Both the position numbers and the translations under genes were made by a program. Of a DNA stretch of 64,000 bases, positions 28,442-37,709 are shown piece after piece (position 1 is the stretch's first letter; each line of letters begins with the position of its first letter). The stretch is from an uncultured virus (IMG/VR IMGVR_UViG_3300032897_000528). Lineage: Duplodnaviria; Heunggongvirae; Uroviricota; Caudoviricetes. The notes beneath the pieces are model-generated. The model ran no database searches. It was not told the origin of the DNA and saw only the letters and a list, made by a program, of their open reading frames with translations. The stretch lies in IMG/VR virus record IMGVR_UViG_3300032897_000528. One strand, given 5' to 3'.

Positions 28442-28682
28442 GCTTATCCGCCTCCTTCAGGAGCTTTGCAGCCACAACCATGCACGCTCCGCAGATGTAA
28501 ACCTCAACGTTGTCGAGGCCTGCTGCCACCTCACCCAGTCGTACCACTTTCTGCCTGGCCGACCCGCAGAAGCTGCAGTAGTAGTCCTCAAGCTTCATCG
28601 CGGACAAGTCCTCAACTACTGGTCGTACTGCTCGATGTATTTCCAGCTCACCGACTTTTTCGAGAAGCTCTCTCTTGCTCAT
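28425..28682 (-). CDS. ClpX-type C4 zinc finger protein
   Basis: YCSFCG..YICGAC. Confidence 0.65.
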   Translation of the reverse strand: MSKRELLEKVGELEIHRAVRPVVEDLSAMKLEDYYCSFCGSARQKVVRLGEVAAGLDNVEVYICGACMVVAAKLLKEADKHEPEG

Positions 28683-29182
28683 GAGCTCGTTCCTCCAGTC
28701 TCCAGAGAACGAGCAACAGCCGATCCTGCCAGAGCCACGTGGTACGCGAGCTCGACGGGTGGCCAGGGCAATGGCACACCGGCTTTTGCCATCGTCTCGA
28801 ACACCTGGAGCCCCATAGCCTCTGGCGTCTCCTCCACGAGCCACTCCCTCTCAGGGTGTTCCGCGCGGAAGGTAGCTACCTCGGACCGGAGCCGCTTCCT
28901 GGCGGTGCCCTGCCAGTAGAGCACGCAGCGGAGCTGCCGATCGCTCCAGTCCGGGTGTGTGGACCGCATCCGAGCGACATGCTCACCGAGGGGGAACGCC
29001 GAGTAGATCGCGTAGAAGGGACCAGCGTAGTCGAACACCCGGTAGAGGTGTCTAGCCCTCGGAGGACATCGCTCGGCTACCCCGAAGTTCGGACAGCCGC
29101 GCGGGTGACCCTCATAGGGACGGCAGCACAGGCCGCGCACCCTCTCGTCGACTACCGGAATGACCAGCAAGCTCGGCATCAC
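28679..29182 (-). CDS. DUF2284-like metal-binding protein
   Basis: C..GCPNFG...CPP..PEAMG. Confidence 0.6.
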   Translation of the reverse strand: MMPSLLVIPVVDERVRGLCCRPYEGHPRGCPNFGVAERCPPRARHLYRVFDYAGPFYAIYSAFPLGEHVARMRSTHPDWSDRQLRCVLYWQGTARKRLRSEVATFRAEHPEREWLVEETPEAMGLQVFETMAKAGVPLPWPPVELAYHVALAGSAVARSLETGGTSS

Positions 29183-30245
29183 TACCTTCTCCTCGCTTGC
29201 TGCGATCCCAGCGAGATAGACGCCATGGCCGCCAACTGCAGGACAACCGAGTATGGAATGCGCCGACTAATCTTCTTCTCGGGTGGTGGTTGAAGATTCG
29301 GTACCTTCGGCTTATCCACGTCCCAAGGCCTGCCGGCCTCGCGGGCCAGCCTACGCATCTTCGCTTCACCCATCTCTAGTGCTCCTGTTCGCGGAATATT
29401 TCTCCATGGTAGACGCTATTAAAGACAGTACGGAGCGCAAGTCCTCGCAGTGTGAGCACCTGCACTCGTGGTCGCACCCCTCGGCTACCTGCAGATCGTG
29501 GTGTGGGGCGAGCAGTCTCTCAACGAGCTCCTTGACAGGAGTCATGCTCTCGCGGACCAGCGCCAGCTCGAGATCGCCGAGTCGCTCGGGCAGGCTCGGG
29601 AAGTAGACCCGCGCCAGTCGGTGCAGGATGCGGCGTAGCAGCTCAGCGACACTCGCCAAGTCTCTCGCGTTCTCCCGATACCTACGATCACGCCCTACCA
29701 CGCTTCTCCTTCACGGTCTTCACGACCGACAGCCCTACGGCAGTCAGCTTCCAGACTCGGTGCTTGCCGTCCTCCGTATACGAGTCGACCACCAGATGCA
29801 TCCTCCGCAGGGCCGTGAGAGTGCGTCCTCCCTCCCTGGCGCTCGTCTGGTGGCCGTAGGAAGATTTCCTTCCCGTGAGGGCCGCACCCACGATGGTACA
29901 GGTGGCTTCCCCTCGATACCTCTCGACGAGCAGCAGAGCTTTCTCCTGATGTGGTGTTAGCACCGGACGCAGCCACCCCGCTGAAAAAAGGTCAAGACGC
30001 TGCTTCTTTATGCTCTCGGCCTCCCTCTTGGTGGCGAACGGTCCGTAATCAGGAGGGTCGTGCCTGTAGCCATGCTCCGTGGGCCAGACCTTCGCCAGAT
30101 ACCAACCCTCGAGTAGAGACCCGCGACCGTTGACGTGTACCACCCGGACGTGCGTCCGACGATGCCCTACCGTCACGCTAGTCCTAGTGGTGAGCATCAT
30201 GGCAGCACATAGTATGGAGGGTCCTGCGCATCTTCGCTTCACCCA

Positions 30246-31175
30246 TCAGCTTCTCTCCTCTTCGATATTAGAATCCTCGTTCGCGTACTTAAGTCCCGAC
30301 ACCACTCGAGCACCCTCAGGGGTCAGTCTCCAGGTTGCACGGTCCCCTCCCTCCCCTTCGGCTTGGCTTGGAGACTCGTGCATGCCGCACGAGTCGCACC
30401 GACTGCCGCCCTCACAGCAGCACCCCTCGGCGGAGTAGTTGCCGTCTGCCAGGTGGTGCGAGCAGTAGCTCGGAGCCTCATCAGCAGGTCCGAGTCTCCT
30501 CCACCGCAAACCCTCGGTCTTCCACGTGAGCAATATGATGCTCGACGATCTTCCATGCGCATCCTCGTGACGAATCGCGCTCATCGTCGAGGAGGACACA
30601 CCGTCGGTAGAGATCACCTTCCCTACGACACCGTCAAACATCACCCTCGTCCCGACGGTCGGGGGCACCCAACCTTCAGGAGATCGTACCGCCTGGTGAT
30701 CATCCCAGTCTACCCTTCCCCAGTCACCGAGCCTCCTGTCCATCTCGGCCTCGGTCTCGGGGGCGAGGTGGAGGTCGCAGACCATCCTCAAGTACAGGTG
30801 GTTCCACCTCGACCTTACTACGGCATCCGGGTGCTTGTAGCCAAGTATCTCCGCCCCGTGCATGAGGTGCGAGAGGTAGTGGTGGGGCAGCTCGTCGATC
30901 TTGTATAAGAACTTCAGCACCACCTCCCGCCAGGTGCGGTCGTCGCCGAACAGCGTCAGGCTCATGAACGAGTCGCCGCCCTCCACTGGCCGCAGCTCGC
31001 GCCCGTAGCGGCCGGCTAAGAGCACGCAAGCGCGGTAGGCCCGCTGCACGTCCTTGCAGGGATGATCTTTGGCGACGCCGTCCGGCCCGCGGGTCGCGAG
31101 AAACAGCACGGACTGCTGCTGGAGCGGCAGGTCCGCGCACCACGATGGCTGCACCGACAGTCTCTTCTTGGTCAT
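30246..31175 (-). CDS. Phage-type hypothetical protein
   Basis: QQQSVL..RGPDG..LPHHY..HLMHGAEILGYKHPD; GGAG ribosome-binding site. Confidence 0.7.
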   Translation of the reverse strand: MTKKRLSVQPSWCADLPLQQQSVLFLATRGPDGVAKDHPCKDVQRAYRACVLLAGRYGRELRPVEGGDSFMSLTLFGDDRTWREVVLKFLYKIDELPHHYLSHLMHGAEILGYKHPDAVVRSRWNHLYLRMVCDLHLAPETEAEMDRRLGDWGRVDWDDHQAVRSPEGWVPPTVGTRVMFDGVVGKVISTDGVSSSTMSAIRHEDAHGRSSSIILLTWKTEGLRWRRLGPADEAPSYCSHHLADGNYSAEGCCCEGGSRCDSCGMHESPSQAEGEGGDRATWRLTPEGARVVSGLKYANEDSNIEEERS

Positions 31176-31364
31176 GTCTCCTCCGACAGGTTTTCGTCCT
31201 GCTGCCGCAGCTCTCGGAGCTCTCCCTCGCCGGCGGCTATCCGGTCTTCGAGCATGATCTGGATGTCTCGCAGGCCCTCGTAGAACTCGGGCAGCGAGAC
31301 CTTCGCGGCCTCGGCCCTCCGTATGAGGTCAGCACCCATCTGCTCGAACATCGACTGCGTCATC

Positions 31365-32027
31365 CTACTTCTCTCCTTCGCCCGCAGATCTGCGAGCCAG
31401 TATCCGCTCCCTGAGGCCATCCACCACCAACCTCTCGGCCTCCTCGTAGTCGCGGGCCTGGCGGTTGCGGAGCTCGTAGAACTCTGTCGCCAGCTGGTTG
31501 CGAGGAGCGGCACACTTGGCGCACACGATCTCATTATGGCCGTCCACCTCTACCCAGGCGTGACTGGCCCAGGGTCCCTGGGGACCGAAGTGGGGCGACT
31601 TGAACAGGAGATCTTCTATGTTCGACCTCCCGATCAGCTCGGCCGCGCACCCGGACCACCTGTCTGCCAGATCCTCGAGGTGAGTAGTGAGGACTTGGAC
31701 GGGAGTGTCGTCGAGGGCCGTCCTGTCGCAGAGCGCGCACTTCTGCGAGGGCAGCGGTATCTTGATCGCGACGAACCCGCCCTCGAGACCGATGCTCACT
31801 CGTCTCTGTTCGCGCTCGCCATAGGAGTTGGTGCACCCAGAGGGAGTCTCGCCGCCGACCAGCTCCAAGTACTTGCGACGCGCCTCGGGACCGAGGGCGC
31901 CGGCCACCACAGCGAGCTCCTTGTCGGCGCCGCATCTGCAACTCGAGGGCTTGCCGCATCTTGGACACGCTTCCGCGAGCACTCCGATCTTTCTCAGTAC
32001 TCCAAGCACACCTGCATTGTCGGTCAT
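31365..32027 (-). CDS. Hypothetical Zn-finger protein
   Basis: Several CxxC motifs; GGAGG upstream. Confidence 0.55.
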   Translation of the reverse strand: MTDNAGVLGVLRKIGVLAEACPRCGKPSSCRCGADKELAVVAGALGPEARRKYLELVGGETPSGCTNSYGEREQRRVSIGLEGGFVAIKIPLPSQKCALCDRTALDDTPVQVLTTHLEDLADRWSGCAAELIGRSNIEDLLFKSPHFGPQGPWASHAWVEVDGHNEIVCAKCAAPRNQLATEFYELRNRQARDYEEAERLVVDGLRERILARRSAGEGEK

Positions 32028-32032
32028 GCTGT

Positions 32033-33805
32033 TCAGTCCTCCTGGTCGAACAGGGCGTCCGACGCCCTGACCATGTTAGAGCTGGTGGTGACGAGCCCTC
32101 GGGCCCGCAGCTTCTGCAGGAAGGTGTCGCGCGAGCTGCGCTTGTAGGGCGTGGCCTCCGAGATGTAGTCCTTGGACACCTCGTCGGGGTGCGCCGCCAC
32201 GGCGATGTCGAGCACGGCGCACTCACCCCTCGAGATCCTCTCCCTCCAGTACTCGCGCAGTTTCTCGCCCGTGGGCAGTGGCACGAACGAGTCGCCCAGG
32301 CGATCGACCCCTTCGTCCGTGGCCACGAGCTTGGTGCCCGCCTGCCTGGCGAGACCGGCCGAGCGGAGCTGCTGCAGGAAGGTGTCGCGCGAGCTCCGCT
32401 TGTAGCCGGTCAGCACGGTCAGCTGCTCACGCTCGAGGCCCTCCGGGTGCTGGGCCAGCGCGATGAGCACTCGCTGCGCTCCCGTGGAGAGTCGCTGATC
32501 GGCGAGGTCGCTCGCCTCGGAGTCTGACACTTCTCGCGACCGAGCGCGGTGCGGGAGCCTCGTCCACTCTCGACGACTTTTGCTCTCGGACAGTCGCTCG
32601 CCGCTCGTCTTCTCCGGGACGAGCGCCTCGGAGCTGTGGGCGATCTCGTCGAGCCTCGTCATCGACTTGCCTAGTGCTGACCAGGCAGACTTGAGCTCGG
32701 CGACGGCGTCCTCGAGCATCTTCATCATCTTGCGCGGGACCACGTCGAGCTTGACTTCGCTCACCACCGTCCTGCGGGCTGCATCGAGCTCGGACTGCAG
32801 GACTACAGCCCTCTCCTCCCACTTCTTCCGGGCCGCGACTGCCCGGTCGCGCTCTTCCTCGCACTTACGCAGCCTGACCTGCAGCTCGCGCGGGTCGGCC
32901 GCCCTCGCCTCCGCGGCAGCCTGCCCCATGGCGGCCTCGAGCTGAGCGAGGTCGAGCGGTCTCGTCTCGACCGCCGACCTCGTGGTCAGGGGGGTAGCGC
33001 CGGCGTCGTACGTTGACTTCATCTGAATCTGGTAGCGGCCGTATATTCGTCGCGACGGGCACCAGACGACGGCTGTGCCGGTGGTCAGGCTCGGTAGCTC
33101 GTCGGCTAGATCGGCGCGGTCGACAGCTCCCTTCTCCTTGACCCACTCGGCGAGAGCTTTGCGCTCGTGAGTGCCGATCGTCCTGTACGCGAAGACGGTG
33201 TCGGCCAGGTTCAGGACGTCCTTGCTGATCTTCTGGGGCCTCTGGCTGATCAGCATCATGCCGATCCCAAAATTGCGGCCGACCTCGGCGATCTCCTCGA
33301 ACGCCCCGAGCATGCGCTCCTGCCCCTTCCACATGGTCTGCGGCACGAAGCGCTGGGCCTCCTCGAGCACCAGCTGCACGGGGCCCGGGTGCTTCTTCTT
33401 GGAGCGGAAGTAGGTCTCGGCGAAGTCAGTGGCGAACCTGCAGCGGTCGGCCTTGCTGAGCATCGACAGGTCGAGCACCGCCGACGAGGCCCGGCTGGCG
33501 AGAGCTTCTGCCACGACGGCACCCGAGTGTGCCTGCAGCGCTATGTCGCCGTGCCTGCCCCCGATCACCGGGATGGCGTAGGCCGACGGAGTCCTGCCGT
33601 CGGGCCGGAGTCGCAGCCCGAACCAGATCCCGACGTAGTCGAGCACGACCACAGGCACTGAGGCGTCGAGTAGCTGCTCTACTATCAGCACCGACCCGTT
33701 GGTCTTACCACCGCCTCGGTTGCCGAGCGAGGCCATGACCTCGCAGGCTACCTCGGCCGCCGGCAGAGAGAGTCCTGGAGCCAGCTCCAGCTTCTTAAGT
33801 GCCAT
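32033..33805 (-). CDS. HerA/FtsK-like (DUF87) ATPase with coiled coil and tandem C-terminal winged helices
   Basis: Walker A GNRGGGKT; Walker B VLEEAQ; GRNFGIG..ISQRP; YKRSSRDTFLQ.LR..GL twice. Confidence 0.85.
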   Translation of the reverse strand: MALKKLELAPGLSLPAAEVACEVMASLGNRGGGKTNGSVLIVEQLLDASVPVVVLDYVGIWFGLRLRPDGRTPSAYAIPVIGGRHGDIALQAHSGAVVAEALASRASSAVLDLSMLSKADRCRFATDFAETYFRSKKKHPGPVQLVLEEAQRFVPQTMWKGQERMLGAFEEIAEVGRNFGIGMMLISQRPQKISKDVLNLADTVFAYRTIGTHERKALAEWVKEKGAVDRADLADELPSLTTGTAVVWCPSRRIYGRYQIQMKSTYDAGATPLTTRSAVETRPLDLAQLEAAMGQAAAEARAADPRELQVRLRKCEEERDRAVAARKKWEERAVVLQSELDAARRTVVSEVKLDVVPRKMMKMLEDAVAELKSAWSALGKSMTRLDEIAHSSEALVPEKTSGERLSESKSRREWTRLPHRARSREVSDSEASDLADQRLSTGAQRVLIALAQHPEGLEREQLTVLTGYKRSSRDTFLQQLRSAGLARQAGTKLVATDEGVDRLGDSFVPLPTGEKLREYWRERISRGECAVLDIAVAAHPDEVSKDYISEATPYKRSSRDTFLQKLRARGLVTTSSNMVRASDALFDQED

Positions 33806-34391
33806 GCGACATCCTCCTCGGGTCAGACAGACTGAGGGCAAACATCTCCGGCACGGGCGACTCGACGACGTCGAAGAAGGGGGCTCGGTCGAGACCTCGG
33901 GCGTGGTTCAAGGCCATGGGAATCAAGTAGCGCAGGCTCGGCAGGACCGGCCAGTTGGGAAAGTCCTTCATCTCGACGACCGTGACGCTGCCCTCGTCGC
34001 TCGAGTGCGACGCGAGCTCGGAGGGAAACTCCTGCCGGTAATAGCCGTGGAAGAGCCACACCTCCCACTCGCCCGCGGCGTCGCGGAGCCTCCCGAACGG
34101 CCGCCACTCGACGCGATCTCCGAGGGAGCCACCCGTCTCCTCTGCAAACTCCCTCACCATGGCGGCCATGGCGCCCTCGCCGGCGCCGACCTCGATCTTA
34201 CCGCCGACGCCGTTGAGCCGCCCGAACTGCCAGTCGGGCTTGAGCTTGTGGATCAAGACGACGTGCTTGTAGGCGAAGTCGAAGCAGAAACCGAGCACGT
34301 AGCGCCTCACCGCCTGCGGGGTCCTAGATCTCCAAAACCCCAGGATGGACTGCCGGCGCTTTTCGCTGACCCTGTAGTTTAGAATCTTCAT
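33795..34391 (-). CDS. Nudix hydrolase
   Basis: NGVGGKIE...E..AMVREFAEETG. Confidence 0.85.
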   Translation of the reverse strand: MKILNYRVSEKRRQSILGFWRSRTPQAVRRYVLGFCFDFAYKHVVLIHKLKPDWQFGRLNGVGGKIEVGAGEGAMAAMVREFAEETGGSLGDRVEWRPFGRLRDAAGEWEVWLFHGYYRQEFPSELASHSSDEGSVTVVEMKDFPNWPVLPSLRYLIPMALNHARGLDRAPFFDVVESPVPEMFALSLSDPRRMSHGT

Positions 34392-34751
34392 GATCGGACT
34401 TCCTTTCGGTCTCCGCTTCATATTGGACTCACAGACGGCCCAGCGTGGCGGTGAAGACGCGCGCCACGAGGTAGGCCAGGGCCGCAAACGCTGCCAACAC
34501 GAGAGGCTCCGCAGCTCCCGGAGCCGTCACAGCTTACTCCTCGTGCTCGTCCTGGGCACGATCCGGATGTTGTGAACGACAGTACCGTCCGACTCGATCG
34601 TAGCATCCATCTCGACTAGCGAGCCATCGTCGTAGGTCACCCGCTGGTGGGCGCTGCGGGCTGAGCACTTCTTGGCCAGCTCGAGAGTGCTCTTGAGCCA
34701 GAAACCCGCGCTCGAGCCGCGGTAGAAAGACTCGATCGAATAGCTCATGAT

Positions 34752-35330
34752 CTACCCGAGCCCGAGCTCGAGGTTGATCTCCTCGACGGGGACCGCGAGA
34801 TCTACCACCTGCGACGTGGGGCTCATGCTATCCATGAACTGGGCCGCCTCGGGCCACGTCGCGAGAAGCTGACTCGACGATCTGCAGCTCTCGAGCAGGG
34901 CCAGCACGTCCCGCCGCGCCTTCTCCCGCCTGGCGTTGAGATCTCGGCGACGCTTCGAGACCTCGGAGTGCTCGACCGCGATCGGGTGATCCGACTCGTA
35001 GTTGACGACCGGCTTGAAGCTGTTGTCCTTGTCGGCTACTCTCCTCTCACCGAACCTCACTTGGTCCACCTCACCGTCGAACGCAACTGTGAGGCTGGTA
35101 GCGATCGGCAGGAACCCCTCTGGCATCTTGGACATCAGCCTCTGGACCTCCTTCGGGTAGACGTCGTCGTAGACCATGCCGCCGAGCAATAGCTCAGACG
35201 CCCTCATCCTCTCCTCCTCGGAGTCGAACGCTCGCGCGAGAGCCCTCCGCAGGATGGTCTGCCGGTACTGCTCATTGAGCCTGAAGTTTGAGATCTCCGG
35301 CCCTCTCGCTGACTGCTTCTGCTTCTTCAT
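34752..35330 (-). CDS. Nmad5-like (nucleotide modification associated domain 5) protein
   Basis: RLN..R..I..AL, MPEGFLP, L..WPEA..F, LAVPVEEIN..LGL. Confidence 0.65.
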   Translation of the reverse strand: MKKQKQSARGPEISNFRLNEQYRQTILRRALARAFDSEEERMRASELLLGGMVYDDVYPKEVQRLMSKMPEGFLPIATSLTVAFDGEVDQVRFGERRVADKDNSFKPVVNYESDHPIAVEHSEVSKRRRDLNARREKARRDVLALLESCRSSSQLLATWPEAAQFMDSMSPTSQVVDLAVPVEEINLELGLG

Positions 35331-35992
35331 GGACCACTTCCTTTCAGGTTTCCGCTTCACCTAGGCCTCACGGCCTGCCCAGCGCGGTGATGTAGACATA
35401 CGCAACGAGATAGGCCAAAGCCGCGAACGCTGTCAGCACCAGTCCCAGGAGGACGAGTCCGACCACCCGCTCGCAGAGTGCCGCGGGCAGCGATCTTTGC
35501 AGGAGGCGCATGGCCTCGCGCCACGAGAGCCTCGCGGGCACCGTCTTCGCGATGTCCCGGGCGACGTCCCAGGCCTCCCTGGCGAGCTCCCTGACGGTCA
35601 CTCGCTTCCCCCCGTGGCGACGGTCCTGCCGACGATCTCGTCGTAGTAGTAGGTGACGTGGCAGCCGGAGCACTCGACGACGCAATCGGTGCCGTCCTCG
35701 GCCCGGCTGTTGCTGCCGGCGCACACCGGGCAGCTCCTCCTGCTGTGGCCAAGAATCTTTCGCAGAGCTCGCTCCCAGCCACAGCTGACGTCTCCTAACA
35801 CGCCGAGCACCTCGCCTATGCACACGGCTACGGCATTAACGACCATCTCGGCTGCCACGAGCGCGGCCACCACCACGAGCAGCGCGACCACGACCGCGCA
35901 GCTGGCGCCCGCCAGAAAAGATAAGATCCCCCAGAGAGATCTCCTCAGGTATCGCATCATCTTGTAGGTCATAAAGTCCACGCGAGTCTCCT

Positions 35993-36565
35993 TCAGGACC
36001 TCGGCACCCTAGTGACGGCCTCGACTATCCTCCGCACGTGGTCGCGCATCCTCCTGCCGCGAGGACTGGCGGAGATCCCGGAGAGGGCGGCGACGAGCAC
36101 CGCCACCCTCCGGCCGTAGCCGCGGTCGACCGTCTCGCCGGCGTACCTCGACGTGCTGCCCTTGGCTGCCAAGATCTGTGCGGCGACCCGCACGTTGAGG
36201 GCGGGATCGTATAGCTCCTCGAGTCGCATTCCCCTGACGAGCCCGTTCGTGCAGTGCCCTCGGTCGTCGAGCACGCACCTGACGCCGCACAACCCGGCGT
36301 CTCCCTTGCTCGGAGACGCCCAGAACACCGCCCGCGCGCGCAGGTCGCTCTCGTTGATGCAGACGGCGAGCATCTCAACCGGGTCGGCCGCCTCGCGGAG
36401 GGCCGCCGCCACTCGCTCACACCGACCCCGCGACCACCCGTAGCGACTTGACCCGAGAGCATCCTTCACCTGGCAGACCAGCTCTCCGGTGACGACAGCG
36501 CTCGGGACGTCACCGTCACTGGCCGTCAGAAGAACTACTACTGAGATCGCAAGTGAGCTCAGCAC
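35993..36565 (-). CDS. Lytic transglycosylase (SLT-like) with signal peptide
   Basis: LAVCINES..GDAGLCGV..LYDPALNVRVAAQIL. Confidence 0.6.
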   Translation of the reverse strand: MLSSLAISVVVLLTASDGDVPSAVVTGELVCQVKDALGSSRYGWSRGRCERVAAALREAADPVEMLAVCINESDLRARAVFWASPSKGDAGLCGVRCVLDDRGHCTNGLVRGMRLEELYDPALNVRVAAQILAAKGSTSRYAGETVDRGYGRRVAVLVAALSGISASPRGRRMRDHVRRIVEAVTRVPRS

Positions 36566-36987
36566 TACTTCGCTCCCTCAGGACCCTCATCCCCGCTGGA
36601 CAACAGCTCAGTGTGTGACTCAACAACGACCTCCAATGACGGGCTCAGCACGAAGTAGACGATCGATCTCTGATTATGCGTCAAATCGTACGCCATCAAG
36701 CAGTACCTCACCATCTCGCCTTGCAGACCACCCTTGCACTGATCGCAATCGCTCTTCGCTGTCTTGATCAATTGAGCAACTACTCCCCTAACGTAATCGG
36801 ACTCTGGAATGGAGTGACAAGTCAACTGATGGTACTCGAGGTAGGGCCCCCCAGCGTCAGACCTCCAGAGAACTATCTCGTGCTCGTTCAGGTACAATCT
36901 ACAGGCCTGAGAGAGACTGCGCCTCTCCACTTCGCGGAAGTAGCTCTCCAAAAAGGTCGTGAGCAATGCGGTCGCGTCGGTAGTCAT
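36565..36987 (-). CDS. Hypothetical protein (paralog family B)
   Basis: TAKSDCD..YCLMAY. Confidence 0.55.
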   Translation of the reverse strand: MTTDATALLTTFLESYFREVERRSLSQACRLYLNEHEIVLWRSDAGGPYLEYHQLTCHSIPESDYVRGVVAQLIKTAKSDCDQCKGGLQGEMVRYCLMAYDLTHNQRSIVYFVLSPSLEVVVESHTELLSSGDEGPEGAK

Positions 36988-37709
36988 GACTTGGTTCTCT
37001 CGTCCCAGCGCATGCCGAGCACCACGAAGTTAAGGCCAAGTACCGTCTTGCCCTTAGCCCACCCAATGTCTGACGGTCGCAAGATATTGACTATCATGCC
37101 TCGCACCTCGCGTCCCGTGTACCCCAGTGCTCGCGCCCTAGCCTCCGATACGTCGATGCTGGCACACCTCTCGGGGTCATACTCGCAAAGCACTACTATG
37201 TCGCCGACTGCGAACCCGCGATCGTCCTCCCGGACCTCGAACGACTTCTTCCCGTCTACCACCTCCTGGAAACACTGGGGCCACGACTTGAGATAATGAG
37301 TAGCCTTCCTGGGGAGTCTGCGGTTACTGACGCCCCCCGATCGATCGCCATTGACCACAGTGTCTGGACCGCTCTCGCCCGACACTATCATCCCGTCCGC
37401 ACTGAAGAGGAAACGATAGACCAGCCGATATTTCGTGTTCGATTCTAGCAGGTACAGCACATACGACCTAGGGCTCCCGCTACCGCATCGGCTCCAGTCC
37501 GCCCGAGCGTTGGACACCAAGTAATAGATCGCCTCGTCCAAGAGAGTTCCTCCCAATGAGAAGGTTGCTGAAGTCACGGAGCTGATGACTTCATTGCCTC
37601 GATAGACCTCCAGCTGTGTCATGCCCCCCTCATGATCGACAGAACACCTCGAGACGAAACTCTGTGCGAAATCGATCATGTACTCTACGACAACCGACCT
37701 ATCGCTCAC
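36984..37709 (-). CDS. Family-B-like N-terminus fused to DUF3850/ASCH domain
   Basis: HYLKSWPQCFQEVVDGKKSFEVREDDRGFAVGD..YTGR. Confidence 0.7.
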   Translation of the reverse strand: MSDRSVVVEYMIDFAQSFVSRCSVDHEGGMTQLEVYRGNEVISSVTSATFSLGGTLLDEAIYYLVSNARADWSRCGSGSPRSYVLYLLESNTKYRLVYRFLFSADGMIVSGESGPDTVVNGDRSGGVSNRRLPRKATHYLKSWPQCFQEVVDGKKSFEVREDDRGFAVGDIVVLCEYDPERCASIDVSEARARALGYTGREVRGMIVNILRPSDIGWAKGKTVLGLNFVVLGMRWDERTKS

